Shown piece by piece: positions 47,901 to 55,388 of a stretch of DNA of 62,625 nucleotides. Under the pieces are notes generated by a model. The model was not told the origin of the DNA, made no database searches, and saw only the letters and a list, made by a program, of their open reading frames with translations. Made by a program: the position numbers and the translations under genes. The stretch comes from a virus (lineage: Duplodnaviria; Caudoviricetes): IMG/VR virus record IMGVR_UViG_3300035490_000346, positions 1-62,625 of that record; one strand, 5' to 3'. The first letter of the stretch is position 1. Each line of letters opens with the position of its first letter.

Positions 47901-48143
47901 CACTTCCTGACGGCCTGGCAGGCGGGCAAGCAGTACTACGCCGGGAACGAGGTCGTGGACGCAGGCAGCCATTGGCTGTGCGCCTACGACAACATAGGCT
48001 CGGAGCCCAGCATAGTGAACCCCAACTGGCAGTTGGTCGGGAGCGGCTCCGGGGTGTACTCGGACGAGCGCACCGTAAGCGGGCTCTCCGGCACTGCCAA
48101 CTTCGTCTCGGCCATCATCGCGTTCCGGCCCTTCTTCGTATAG
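44994..48143 (+). CDS. Fibre/receptor-binding protein with three Big_3 Ig-like repeats, an IPT/TIG-like domain and two CBM5/12-like modules
   Basis: VTFT.TV...PTG.V...H.ITAAY.GD three times; W.P...Y..G.VV....W.C twice. Confidence 0.8.
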   Translation: MPVQVPTIVQSVFTRVDNALSATLSLPYACVTGNSTLLMGLGGDSFFPVRTQVPPGPPWATWVGLAFDYSIAPYGTFGQVLSWSHLVADGDDSQHVEVVTFSRLWPAISWGLFEITGDIRLATITTSILPDVYGGHSHDPNCWNPSASYSVGNVVSWIAYSWTCTVPNIDQEPYAGSSYWARGGSSASTTLATAEISNPGESLCIGGFTWKSADTSTNPSPSPYVWVNRSNGDPAGDNSIFFAATGNPLPDTAVSVTLPNAAHWVTGWVLISVYSSSTTVITSNSPSISGTSVTFTATVTTTQGGDPTGTVTFSDSLGSFSPQTVPLSGGQAQFSTSALSVDSHTITAAYNGDSSHASSLGTVAQSVQYATPSVAVLSSLNPSLTGDPVTFTVNVTGGYGTPTGSVLLSDDLGSFSPQTLPLVLGSAQYTAPSLGLDYHNISAAYSGDGVYAPLAAVLVQQVVPKYDPVVAMTSSNDPQSFGQEFTLTITVGPSSGGPVPTGTVGLTDTVLGDLGTYPLVSGAATYTMDLLSPWAVGSHIVTAAYGGDSSYNTGTASLVELITVASSLVYADLPGFALVASYSPEGDEGLPAWASFSASPDPADQGQEVYLLWTSANIASVRIYGSNGTDSLDTGVLQASGPGLYAVASGFQHSITLSCLAYDASGNTVASQPLTVTVISAPELDSLSPPSATEGSTAQTLDLMGSYFTPDCTATYNGTPHTVSYIGPTELSIPLTDGDQATQGSYPVVVTNSIGSSDPVDFLVTSVSPYPDLPPFVQSNMAGSPQVPNPVTVPYLQDTTNGNFLLCFVASQDASAPPISDTLGSPWTLVGSHHGLGSNYPYAYVFAVYNSDTYGGPDTVQVGASDGVPRMVQIWEFQVGYALDTITWNDTAVNGSGSVSTGTTTMTHDYDLVLTLFVDEDQGARTVPIPGTSFQGWSGQEYQAPSPAGSMQVFEPCPGTTIGSCGDAPHFLTAWQAGKQYYAGNEVVDAGSHWLCAYDNIGSEPSIVNPNWQLVGSGSGVYSDERTVSGLSGTANFVSAIIAFRPFFV

Positions 48144-48181
48144 GGCCAGCCCCGAGGGGGCCTGGGAAGGGGCCTGAAAAC

Positions 48182-48214
48182 ATACTATGGCATGCCTTTA
48201 GTAGGGCATGCATA
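48182..48214 (+). promoter_or_regulatory. Class L promoter within an inverted repeat
   Basis: ATACTA-N9-TTTAGTAGG; GCATGCCTT-TAGT-AGGGCATGC. Confidence 0.75.
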
Positions 48215-48235
48215 CCCGTGCCCAAGGAGAGGAAA

Positions 48236-48463
48236 ATGGCCAAGAAGATAGCACGCATCGACGCAGAGAGCATGAACGGCCTCTACGTTGCCGAGCTGGA
48301 GAAGCTGGGTGCCAAGGTCGCTGCCAAGGACGACACCGGGCAGCCCAAGGACATCCAGGCCTTCAAGGACCACGAGGACTACCTCGCTACCCTGGAGGCC
48401 GCCTTCAAGGAGGACAAGAAGGCAGAGGGCTCCGGTAACCCCAACGACGTGCTGGTGGACTAA
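48236..48463 (+). CDS. 75-aa late protein
   Basis: AAGGAGAGG RBS. Confidence 0.7.
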   Translation: MAKKIARIDAESMNGLYVAELEKLGAKVAAKDDTGQPKDIQAFKDHEDYLATLEAAFKEDKKAEGSGNPNDVLVD

Positions 48464-48476
48464 GGGAGGCAAGCCG

Positions 48477-49856
48477 ATGCTCACCTGCAAGGCGGACCCC
48501 CGCCTGCTTGTCCCAGGCAGGCTCGTCGGCTCTACCGACGGCCAGCCGTGGGTCGTCACCTCCAGCGTCAGGACCAAGGACGGCACCTCCGTAAGGCTCG
48601 CGGACCTCATGGGAGAGCCCGCCCCTGCGGGGCTGCGCTTCGACCCCATATCCCTCCGCCTGTCCAGGTTCGCCGCCATGATGCGGCGGCTCGCCTACAA
48701 CAAGGAGTTCGATGCCTATGTAAAGGACTCCATCAGGGAGGCCGGTCTGCCCGTTGACCAGAGCATGAACTGGGCCAAGTACCTCTACACCATCATGGTG
48801 CCCCGCCTGGACACCCAGGACGACGAGCTTATCGACGAGGCAATCCACTTCATCATCATCCGCGAGCTGGTAGAGCGCAAGAAGCTCAGCCCCCAGAACC
48901 CCCACGGGTTCTACCAGACCATAGGCGACTTCAGGTGGGGGGGCAAGAACCACCCCGGCCAGACAGAGGCGCTCCCCCTGGAGAAGCAGGTCACGGAGTT
49001 CCTCAAGAAGTCCTTCATATTCAGGGCGGACGAGGCAAACAAGTACCTCAAGAGGGTGCTCAAGGGCCTGAGGAAGGGCATAGGGGAGGAGGACCTTGTC
49101 CCCCTGTCCCCCGGCGGCGTGGGGGAGGAGGAGGCCTACTCCCCGATAGACTACCTGGAGCAGCCCGACACGGGCAGGGAGTTCCGCGAGGCCGAGGAGG
49201 TCGCCGACCTGGGCGACTACAGCCTCCGCCGCAAGAACGCCCTGGTGGGCAAGTTCACCGAGGGCCTGTACCACTGGCTCCTGGAGCAGAAGAGGACGCT
49301 GGAGGGCAGGAAGAGGTACCCTTACGCCCCTACCCAGTACGTCCGCCTCCTGAGCCTGCTGTACAGCCATGCCAAGGAGTACGGCACCAAGCCCTCCCTG
49401 GCCGAGATAGAGGGCAAGTGGAAGACCCTCCAGCAGGAGGTAGGCAGCCACAAGCGCCTCGGCCACGAGGACTTCGTCAAGCTCTTCACCCTGTTCCCCG
49501 AGGCCCTTGAGACATACGTCAGGACCGTCCTCCACCTCCCGCCCGAGGAGCACCACATCCTCCCCAACATCGTCCGCCTCCTGGTAAGGGAGGGGGAGCA
49601 AAGGCGTCAGAAGAGGCTGGAGGAGTCCGACAAGGACAGGGAGTCCCGCAGGGGCGGGCCCGAGCCCGAGGAGCAGCAGCCCCCTGCCGAGGCCGCCCCC
49701 GAGGGCAAGACCTCCGCCAAGCAGATAGAGATGCCCCGCTGCGCTACCTGCCAGACGGGGAAGGAGGTCAGCAGGTGCCCAGGCTGCGAGGATAGCTACT
49801 GCTCCCTGTGCGTCAAGGACCACTTCGCCAACAACCCAGGGCACGAAAGGACCTAG
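48477..49856 (+). CDS. Late protein with a central divergent sigma70/ECF-like region and a C-terminal Cys/His zinc finger
   Basis: Region-2-like, acidic linker and region-4-like segments, judged by eye; CxxC..CxxC..CxxC..H. Confidence 0.5.
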   Translation: MLTCKADPRLLVPGRLVGSTDGQPWVVTSSVRTKDGTSVRLADLMGEPAPAGLRFDPISLRLSRFAAMMRRLAYNKEFDAYVKDSIREAGLPVDQSMNWAKYLYTIMVPRLDTQDDELIDEAIHFIIIRELVERKKLSPQNPHGFYQTIGDFRWGGKNHPGQTEALPLEKQVTEFLKKSFIFRADEANKYLKRVLKGLRKGIGEEDLVPLSPGGVGEEEAYSPIDYLEQPDTGREFREAEEVADLGDYSLRRKNALVGKFTEGLYHWLLEQKRTLEGRKRYPYAPTQYVRLLSLLYSHAKEYGTKPSLAEIEGKWKTLQQEVGSHKRLGHEDFVKLFTLFPEALETYVRTVLHLPPEEHHILPNIVRLLVREGEQRRQKRLEESDKDRESRRGGPEPEEQQPPAEAAPEGKTSAKQIEMPRCATCQTGKEVSRCPGCEDSYCSLCVKDHFANNPGHERT

Positions 49857-49857
49857 C

Positions 49858-50754
49858 ATGGCCGACGTAGAGGTAAAGAACGAGGGGACCGTAGTCCTCC
49901 TTATCCCCATGAGCAGCGAGGGGAAGGCCTGGATTGACGAGAACCTCCAGCTTGAGAGCTGGCAGTGGTACGGCAACGCCGCCGCCATCGAGGCACGCTA
50001 TGTTGACCCGATAGTCCAGGGCATGCAGGACGACGGCCTGGAGGTAGAGGGCACCACGAGGGTCATACCCGAGGAGTCCGGGCTCACCCCCGAGGAGGAG
50101 GAAGGCATGGTCAGGAGGGGACAGCTCCCCCCCATGGAACGGCGCTCCTCCAAGACAGGGGCCGTCCCCGCCTCCCCCCTGCTGGCAAGGCCTGACTCCC
50201 AGGCGAACCTGGACATGGAGGGGATGGAGGAGCGCACGGGAGGGCCGATGGCGAGGGGGGACCAGGGGGGCGAGGAGCCCCTGCTCACGCCCGCCATGCC
50301 TACCACCCTCCAAGAGCTGCCCAACCCGGAGATGCGCGTCCACCCTATCTATACCCGCACGTCCGGGCTGGCCTTCGCGTCCCCCTTCCTGCGCCAGCCG
50401 GCCAGGGGAGGCTACTGCGATGCCTGCGGCCGTCCCGAGGCCCAGTGCGCGTGCAGCCCCGAGGACTGCGACCTGACAAGGAAGAGGGGGGCAGAGACGG
50501 ACTGGGAGGCGGGGGAGAGCTTCGCCTACGGCACCAAGCTGCGGGAGGCCGTGCAGTACATCGTCGGGGAGGCGCACAAGAAGGGGACGAAGGAGTCCTA
50601 CCTGGCAGGGATGAACAAGCTGTATGGAGTCCGGGCCCTCCTCATCTTCACCGGGTTCAACGAGACGAGGCCCCTGCTGGCAATCATGAACGAGGCACAC
50701 CGGCTCTGGACGATGGCAGAGAGCCTGGAGGAGCGGACTACGGAAACCGTTTAG
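49858..50754 (+). CDS. Mosaic probable head protein
   Basis: KTG/KRGA-delimited segments; SPLL tag; CxxC finger. Confidence 0.65.
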   Translation: MADVEVKNEGTVVLLIPMSSEGKAWIDENLQLESWQWYGNAAAIEARYVDPIVQGMQDDGLEVEGTTRVIPEESGLTPEEEEGMVRRGQLPPMERRSSKTGAVPASPLLARPDSQANLDMEGMEERTGGPMARGDQGGEEPLLTPAMPTTLQELPNPEMRVHPIYTRTSGLAFASPFLRQPARGGYCDACGRPEAQCACSPEDCDLTRKRGAETDWEAGESFAYGTKLREAVQYIVGEAHKKGTKESYLAGMNKLYGVRALLIFTGFNETRPLLAIMNEAHRLWTMAESLEERTTETV

Positions 50755-50782
50755 GAGCCGCCAAGCGGCGGCGGAGGAGAAC

Positions 50783-51532
50783 ATGGCAAAGACGTCGAGG
50801 GAAGTCCTGAGGGAGAAGATAGCGGCGATAGGCGAGGACAGGAAGGCCCAGGAGTACGGCCTCCTGCGCGAGGTGGCCGCCAGGGAGCCCCAGAAGGTAG
50901 GGGACGCCCTTGGCGAGCTGGCGCATATCGCCAGCGCATGGGGGGCCTCCGCGGCCGCCCTGCGCGAGAACCTGGACCTGACGGACGGCCCGCACGCGGC
51001 GTCCCTGAGGGCCAGGACGGCGGCCAGGAAGAAGTATGCCGCCGAGTTCCGGCGCATCGCCGAGGCAGCGCCCGAGCAGGTCGAGGAGGCCATTGTCGAG
51101 CTTTACCGCTCCATTGACGACATCGCCGCAGGGCTGGAGAACCTGGCGTCCCACCTGGGGATAGACCTCGCTGGCGGGGAGGAGGAGCTTCCGCCTGCTG
51201 ACGGCACGGGAGACGGGGACGAGGGCCTGCACGGCGAGATGCCCATGGGGGGCGGCGAGCCGCCCGAGGGCGAGGAGCCCCCGGCCGAGGGCCTGGACCT
51301 GGAGGGCAAGGAGGCGGCGGCCGGCGATGCCTTCGTGACCGACAGGGACGAGGAGGGTGCCCCGAAGCCCCCAGACAAGGCAGAGGGCCGGTCCACGCCG
51401 TCCAGGGTGAAGATACAGGCCACTGGCGGGGGAGGGTTCGTGACGGACAGGGACCCCCAGGCGGAGCCGAAGCCGGTCGAGAAGGCCGAGATTCCCGTCT
51501 CGCAGGGCGAGGCGGCCATAAGGCAGAGGTAG
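50783..51532 (+). CDS. Acidic helical probable head/core protein with two FVTDRD motifs
   Basis: GGAGGAG RBS. Confidence 0.7.
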   Translation: MAKTSREVLREKIAAIGEDRKAQEYGLLREVAAREPQKVGDALGELAHIASAWGASAAALRENLDLTDGPHAASLRARTAARKKYAAEFRRIAEAAPEQVEEAIVELYRSIDDIAAGLENLASHLGIDLAGGEEELPPADGTGDGDEGLHGEMPMGGGEPPEGEEPPAEGLDLEGKEAAAGDAFVTDRDEEGAPKPPDKAEGRSTPSRVKIQATGGGGFVTDRDPQAEPKPVEKAEIPVSQGEAAIRQR

Positions 51533-51536
51533 CCCA

Positions 51537-51776
51537 TTGAACACCACGGAGCTGGTAGAGTTCTTCCAGGCGCATGACTTCACGGACGCCGAGGGGTACA
51601 ACCTCCTGACGGGCGACATCTACGATGCCGTGACCGAGGGCGAGCTGGCGCAGCCCGCCGCCCAGAAGCTCGGGCAGTACTTCCTGTACAAGGTCGAGCA
51701 CGTCCTCTTCCCGGCCATCAGGGGGCTCAAGGCCCCCCCTGCAACCCCAGGGCCTTCCCCGGCATCAAAAGCCTAG
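51537..51776 (+). CDS. Hypothetical protein
   Basis: TTG start; GAGG. Confidence 0.55.
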   Translation: MNTTELVEFFQAHDFTDAEGYNLLTGDIYDAVTEGELAQPAAQKLGQYFLYKVEHVLFPAIRGLKAPPATPGPSPASKA

Positions 51777-51799
51777 GTATTATATAAGTGGAGGTGCTT

Positions 51800-52588
51800 A
51801 TGAACAAGGCACTTTTGTCTGTAGCTCTTTCGTCCCTGCTTCTCTGCCTGCCCGCCCTCGCCCAGCACCATGGGGGAGGGGGAGGGATGGGCGGGGGAGG
51901 AGGCAGGTCTGCCGCCCCGCAGGCCGCCTCCAGGCCCGCTACCCATGCCCAGGCACCAGCCAGGGCAGAAGGACGCGCCCAGGGGCATCCTGGCGCTGCT
52001 GCGGGGCATCCTAGCATGTCCCCTGGTGTCTCCAGGTATGGATATGGTCGGGGCGGCCGGGGCTATAGCGGCTATGGCCGGACTCCCGCCTACCGGGGGG
52101 GCTATAACGGCCACCTGGGCAGGGCGCACCCGTTCGTCCCCTACTTCCGGGGAGGGCACGGGTGGGGGCACGGGTGGGGGCACGGATGGGGCCATAACGG
52201 CTACCCGTGGTTCTGGTTCGGGGGGTTCTACTGGGGGTTTGACTTCTGGCCCTACGGCTACCCCTACTACTGGGGCTACTCGGACCCGATATACATCGAG
52301 GTTGACAACGATGACGGCTGCTACTATGCCTACGATGACCTGCACCCCGGCCAGAAGGCCAAGGTGGCCCCGCAGGAGAGCACGGGGACGGTGGTCATCA
52401 GCGGCGGGGTAAAGGGAGACCAAGTCCTGGTGGACAAGGCGCTTGCGGGCTACATCGGGGAGCTTGGTACATTCTCCCTCCCGGCAGGCCCCCACACCCT
52501 TGAGGTCAAGGGGAAGGGGCCATACCTGGGGGAGGACATAATGGTCATTGCAGGGCACGAGCTTGACATCGACGTGCCTACGCCCTAG
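51800..52588 (+). CDS. Secreted Gly/Tyr/Trp-rich PEGA-domain protein
   Basis: Signal peptide; GHGW repeats; V.VD....G......L.AG.H.LEV; own GTATTAT + GGAGGT. Confidence 0.75.
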   Translation: MNKALLSVALSSLLLCLPALAQHHGGGGGMGGGGGRSAAPQAASRPATHAQAPARAEGRAQGHPGAAAGHPSMSPGVSRYGYGRGGRGYSGYGRTPAYRGGYNGHLGRAHPFVPYFRGGHGWGHGWGHGWGHNGYPWFWFGGFYWGFDFWPYGYPYYWGYSDPIYIEVDNDDGCYYAYDDLHPGQKAKVAPQESTGTVVISGGVKGDQVLVDKALAGYIGELGTFSLPAGPHTLEVKGKGPYLGEDIMVIAGHELDIDVPTP

Positions 52589-52929
52589 CCCGGAGGGTCG
52601 GGGATACGCTCCCCGATGATAATCTCGAAGCCGCCGAACCTTACGCCGTTCCTGACCCACGGGTACCATATGACTGACGGGTCATAGAGCGCAGGGCAGG
52701 GCCGGTTCGTGGGCCCGTCCCGTGGCAGCCTCGTCCAGTAGTACTTCCCTATCTCGTAGGTCCCGGCCTTTCCTGCGCCCATTAGCTCCTCCAGCTCCTC
52801 TATCCTTGCGTCAAGCTGGCACCTCCAGCACAGCGGGGAGCGCAGGGGCCTATGCTCCGTGCAGACCATGGCCAGGTGGGCGGCTATAACCCTTCTGCAT
52901 TTCGCCCGTATTACCTCTGTCTCGGTCAT
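52585..52929 (-). CDS. Hypothetical protein
   Basis: GAGGG RBS; C..H...C..C. Confidence 0.55.
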   Translation of the reverse strand: MTETEVIRAKCRRVIAAHLAMVCTEHRPLRSPLCWRCQLDARIEELEELMGAGKAGTYEIGKYYWTRLPRDGPTNRPCPALYDPSVIWYPWVRNGVRFGGFEIIIGERIPDPPG

Positions 52930-52936
52930 CCAGCCC

Positions 52937-53284
52937 TCAAATCCCGCTGCCGTCCCGCTGGTCCGGCAGCCTCTCAAGGAAGTGCCGCACGATGTACCTG
53001 AGCGCTGCGGCGGCGATGATGGCCTTCCGGTCTGCCTCCTGGCTCTGCTCCATGGCACGGTGGACATTGTAGGGGCAGTTGTTCCAGCCGTAGTAGTCGT
53101 CCTCCTTCATCTTTTGCAGCCAGTCCTGCTCGCCAGCCCGCTCGGACACCATGTGGGCGGAGGCATTGATGGCCTTCACGTGGAGGTCGCGCTCGTAGGA
53201 GCTGAACAGGTCGTAGATGTACTGCGCCAGCTCTGCCACCGTGATGTTGAGTTCCCCACGCCCCGTGTAGATGTTGGTCAGCAT
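52937..53284 (-). CDS. Hypothetical protein
   Basis: GC3-rich; operon. Confidence 0.7.
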   Translation of the reverse strand: MLTNIYTGRGELNITVAELAQYIYDLFSSYERDLHVKAINASAHMVSERAGEQDWLQKMKEDDYYGWNNCPYNVHRAMEQSQEADRKAIIAAAALRYIVRHFLERLPDQRDGSGI

Positions 53285-53293
53285 AGCCCCCTG

Positions 53294-53800
53294 CTACCCG
53301 TTGATGGGCTCCAGGCCCGTCCGGGGGTCCACCAGCGTGGCCGGGACGCCGTCCACGGTGACCTGCCGCACGGACGCCCCCTGCTGCTTGCCCCGCCCCG
53401 GCTCCTGCTGCTCCAGGGAGCGCCGGACGCCGTCCACGGGGAGGCAGAACACCTTGCCGTCCTTGACACGCTTCGCCAGGATGGGGAACCGTGTCGCCTT
53501 GGGGCGGATTCCGGTAAGGGTGTACCTCTCGAAGCTGAAGGTGATGGTCTTGCCAAGGTCGCCCGCCTGGAGGTCGTAGAGGCTGGCGTAGGTCTTGAAG
53601 TCGTCCGCCTCCTTGCTGTTCACCACGCCGTCCCGGTTGACCGTGCTGCACTCGATCTTGAGGGTCAGGTGCCCGCTCGTGTAGGTCCCCCGCCCCGCCT
53701 TGATTACGATTCCGTGCCTGGCCGCTACCGCCAGCAGCGCTGCCTCGATGTCCTTGCTGAGGACGCGGCATGACATCCTGTCGAAGCCCATGATAGCCAT
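53294..53800 (-). CDS. Hypothetical phage protein
   Basis: GAGAGG RBS; GC3-rich. Confidence 0.75.
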   Translation of the reverse strand: MAIMGFDRMSCRVLSKDIEAALLAVAARHGIVIKAGRGTYTSGHLTLKIECSTVNRDGVVNSKEADDFKTYASLYDLQAGDLGKTITFSFERYTLTGIRPKATRFPILAKRVKDGKVFCLPVDGVRRSLEQQEPGRGKQQGASVRQVTVDGVPATLVDPRTGLEPING

Positions 53801-53804
53801 AGTG

Positions 53805-53975
53805 TTACCTCTCCTGGTCTTGGTTTAGCCTTGCCGCCCTGCTCTCCGATATCCCTGCCCTGCCCTGCGGGTGCTCCCCGAGGGGCCTCCCGCAGTGGGC
53901 GCATCCTGGCCCCGTGTAGGTGGGGTTCTCGGTATAGGGGTGGTTCTCCGGCCTGAGGAACTCTTTGCTGTCCAT
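53805..53975 (-). CDS. 56-aa leaderless zinc-finger peptide
   Basis: Hand-translated (H...CAHCG....H); ATG 7 nt after TATACT. Confidence 0.55.
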   Translation of the reverse strand: MDSKEFLRPENHPYTENPTYTGPGCAHCGRPLGEHPQGRAGISESRAARLNQDQER

Positions 53976-53977
53976 CG

Positions 53978-54019
53978 GTTATAGTATACACCGTCCTACA
54001 CGGTGCTAGGCAGGGATTC
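53978..54019 (-). promoter_or_regulatory. Class E promoter
   Basis: GAATCCC-N10-CGTGTAGGACGGTGTATACT. Confidence 0.8.
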
Positions 54020-54871
54020 TGTGCCCTTAAAGGGCTCAAAGGTGATGCAGCCCCCACCGTCCCGCCTCTGGTATACCTGATATCCCCGCTCCTTTTGCGA
54101 CTGTACTGAGTACTCCCCGAAGGCAGGGAGCGATTCCCAATGGTCGCTCTTATTGTTGCCGAGGATAAGCTGGCAGGCAAGGCACATAGGGTAGTCATAC
54201 CCGTCTGTCGCAACATTCATCCGTTTCCCCTGGGCACGTGTCAGCCCGAAGTGGCTGTGCTCGGGGATATTCTGGACGAAGCGGTTCCCCATGAATAGGG
54301 CGTAGACTATGCCGAAGGGGTTGCGGCAGGCAGAGCACTTTTCATCGGAGGCCTGTATCGCCTCCAGGAAGGAAATCCTTGATTTGGCTTGGCGTGGTAG
54401 GCCTGTCGGCTGGGGAGGCCTGGTCTCCTGCCGCTGGCCCTTCCCAGCCCGGATTGCTGCGGGAAAGCAGCGGAGGGCAAGGGCCTTTAGCTCCGCAGTC
54501 ATCCTTTTTGGCTGGGTAGCGATGGCAGCAAGGGCGTCTGGAACCCTCCTAAGAATAGCCTCACGGGTTTCCCTAGATGCCAGGCTCAAGGTAACCCTGC
54601 TGTTATGGTTTGCCGCAAGGCTGGCGGTAAGGGCCTGCGCCTCGGGATGCCCTGGGTTTTCTCTTATCCAGTCCCGTGTGGCGGCGGCAATCTGCTGCTT
54701 TGCCCTGCTGAACTCTAGGCAGCTTGTCTCGTACTCAGCAGACGGGACCAGTGCTAGGATTGCCTTGCGGGTTTCTGTGGAAAGCCCCCCTAGGGGAATT
54801 CGGCTGTTATGGTTGGCGGCAAGTTTGGCAAAGACGTTGGCTACTTCGGGGTGATTCAGGTTATCTCTCAC
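53996..54871 (-). CDS. Endonuclease VII-like (His-Me finger) protein with a duplicated N-terminal repeat
   Basis: CSAC...EHSH.G...CLACQLILG; lower GC; LAANHNSR repeat twice. Confidence 0.55.
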   Translation of the reverse strand: MRDNLNHPEVANVFAKLAANHNSRIPLGGLSTETRKAILALVPSAEYETSCLEFSRAKQQIAAATRDWIRENPGHPEAQALTASLAANHNSRVTLSLASRETREAILRRVPDALAAIATQPKRMTAELKALALRCFPAAIRAGKGQRQETRPPQPTGLPRQAKSRISFLEAIQASDEKCSACRNPFGIVYALFMGNRFVQNIPEHSHFGLTRAQGKRMNVATDGYDYPMCLACQLILGNNKSDHWESLPAFGEYSVQSQKERGYQVYQRRDGGGCITFEPFKGTESLPSTV

Positions 54872-54962
54872 CCATCGGCGGGCCGCAGTTGCACGCTGTT
54901 GCGAGGCCCTGCTAAAGTCTAACCTTGCCTTACTGAGTGTTGGTCATGCACCCTAATACCGC

Positions 54963-55199
54963 TCAGGCAGGGGTCCTGCTGCGCCTCACCACCGTGACCT
55001 TAAGGGGGCCGTCCACCGATACCCCCTTCTTGCTGCGTGCCGCCTTGCCTGCCTGGAATGCCAGGGCCTTCATGTTCACCTCTACCCTGACGGTAAAGTT
55101 CTCCTTGCCGTCCGGCACGGAGATATTGCCCAGCCCGTCCTTGCACTTCTCTGCCCGGAAGACGTCACGCACGTACTCAAGGCTCTCGAATACGACCAT
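54963..55199 (-). CDS. Hypothetical protein
   Basis: AGGAGG RBS. Confidence 0.65.
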   Translation of the reverse strand: MVVFESLEYVRDVFRAEKCKDGLGNISVPDGKENFTVRVEVNMKALAFQAGKAARSKKGVSVDGPLKVTVVRRSRTPA

Positions 55200-55386
55200 C
55201 GCGCCCCTCCTGGAATATATTGTGGGCCTCGTTGAAGGAGATGACCTGGAGCAGCCCGTCGTCCCACCGGACCTCGAACGCCGCCCAGTAGACCTTGGCC
55301 ACCCTTCCTGCGGACAGGGCGCTGTCGCCGATCTGGTACACGACCTTGTCCCCTGCCTTCAAGCTCCTGGCCTCATTCTCGTCCAT
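55177..55386 (-). CDS. Small SH3/KOW-like leaderless protein
   Basis: LKAGDKV...G.V...V.WDDG; ATG 6 nt after TATACT. Confidence 0.6.
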   Translation of the reverse strand: MDENEARSLKAGDKVVYQIGDSALSAGRVAKVYWAAFEVRWDDGLLQVISFNEAHNIFQEGRDGRIREP

Positions 55387-55388
55387 AG

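Noticed and set aside
44919-47972. Long antisense ORFs (1017 aa here; also 2875-4626, 17373-18638, 35583-37295, 48405-49988)
   Set aside because: Shadow frames of GC3-biased genes, with no motifs or RBS
52154-52195. 12-bp tandem repeats as a contingency locus
   Set aside because: In-frame GHGW coding repeats of a low-complexity secreted protein
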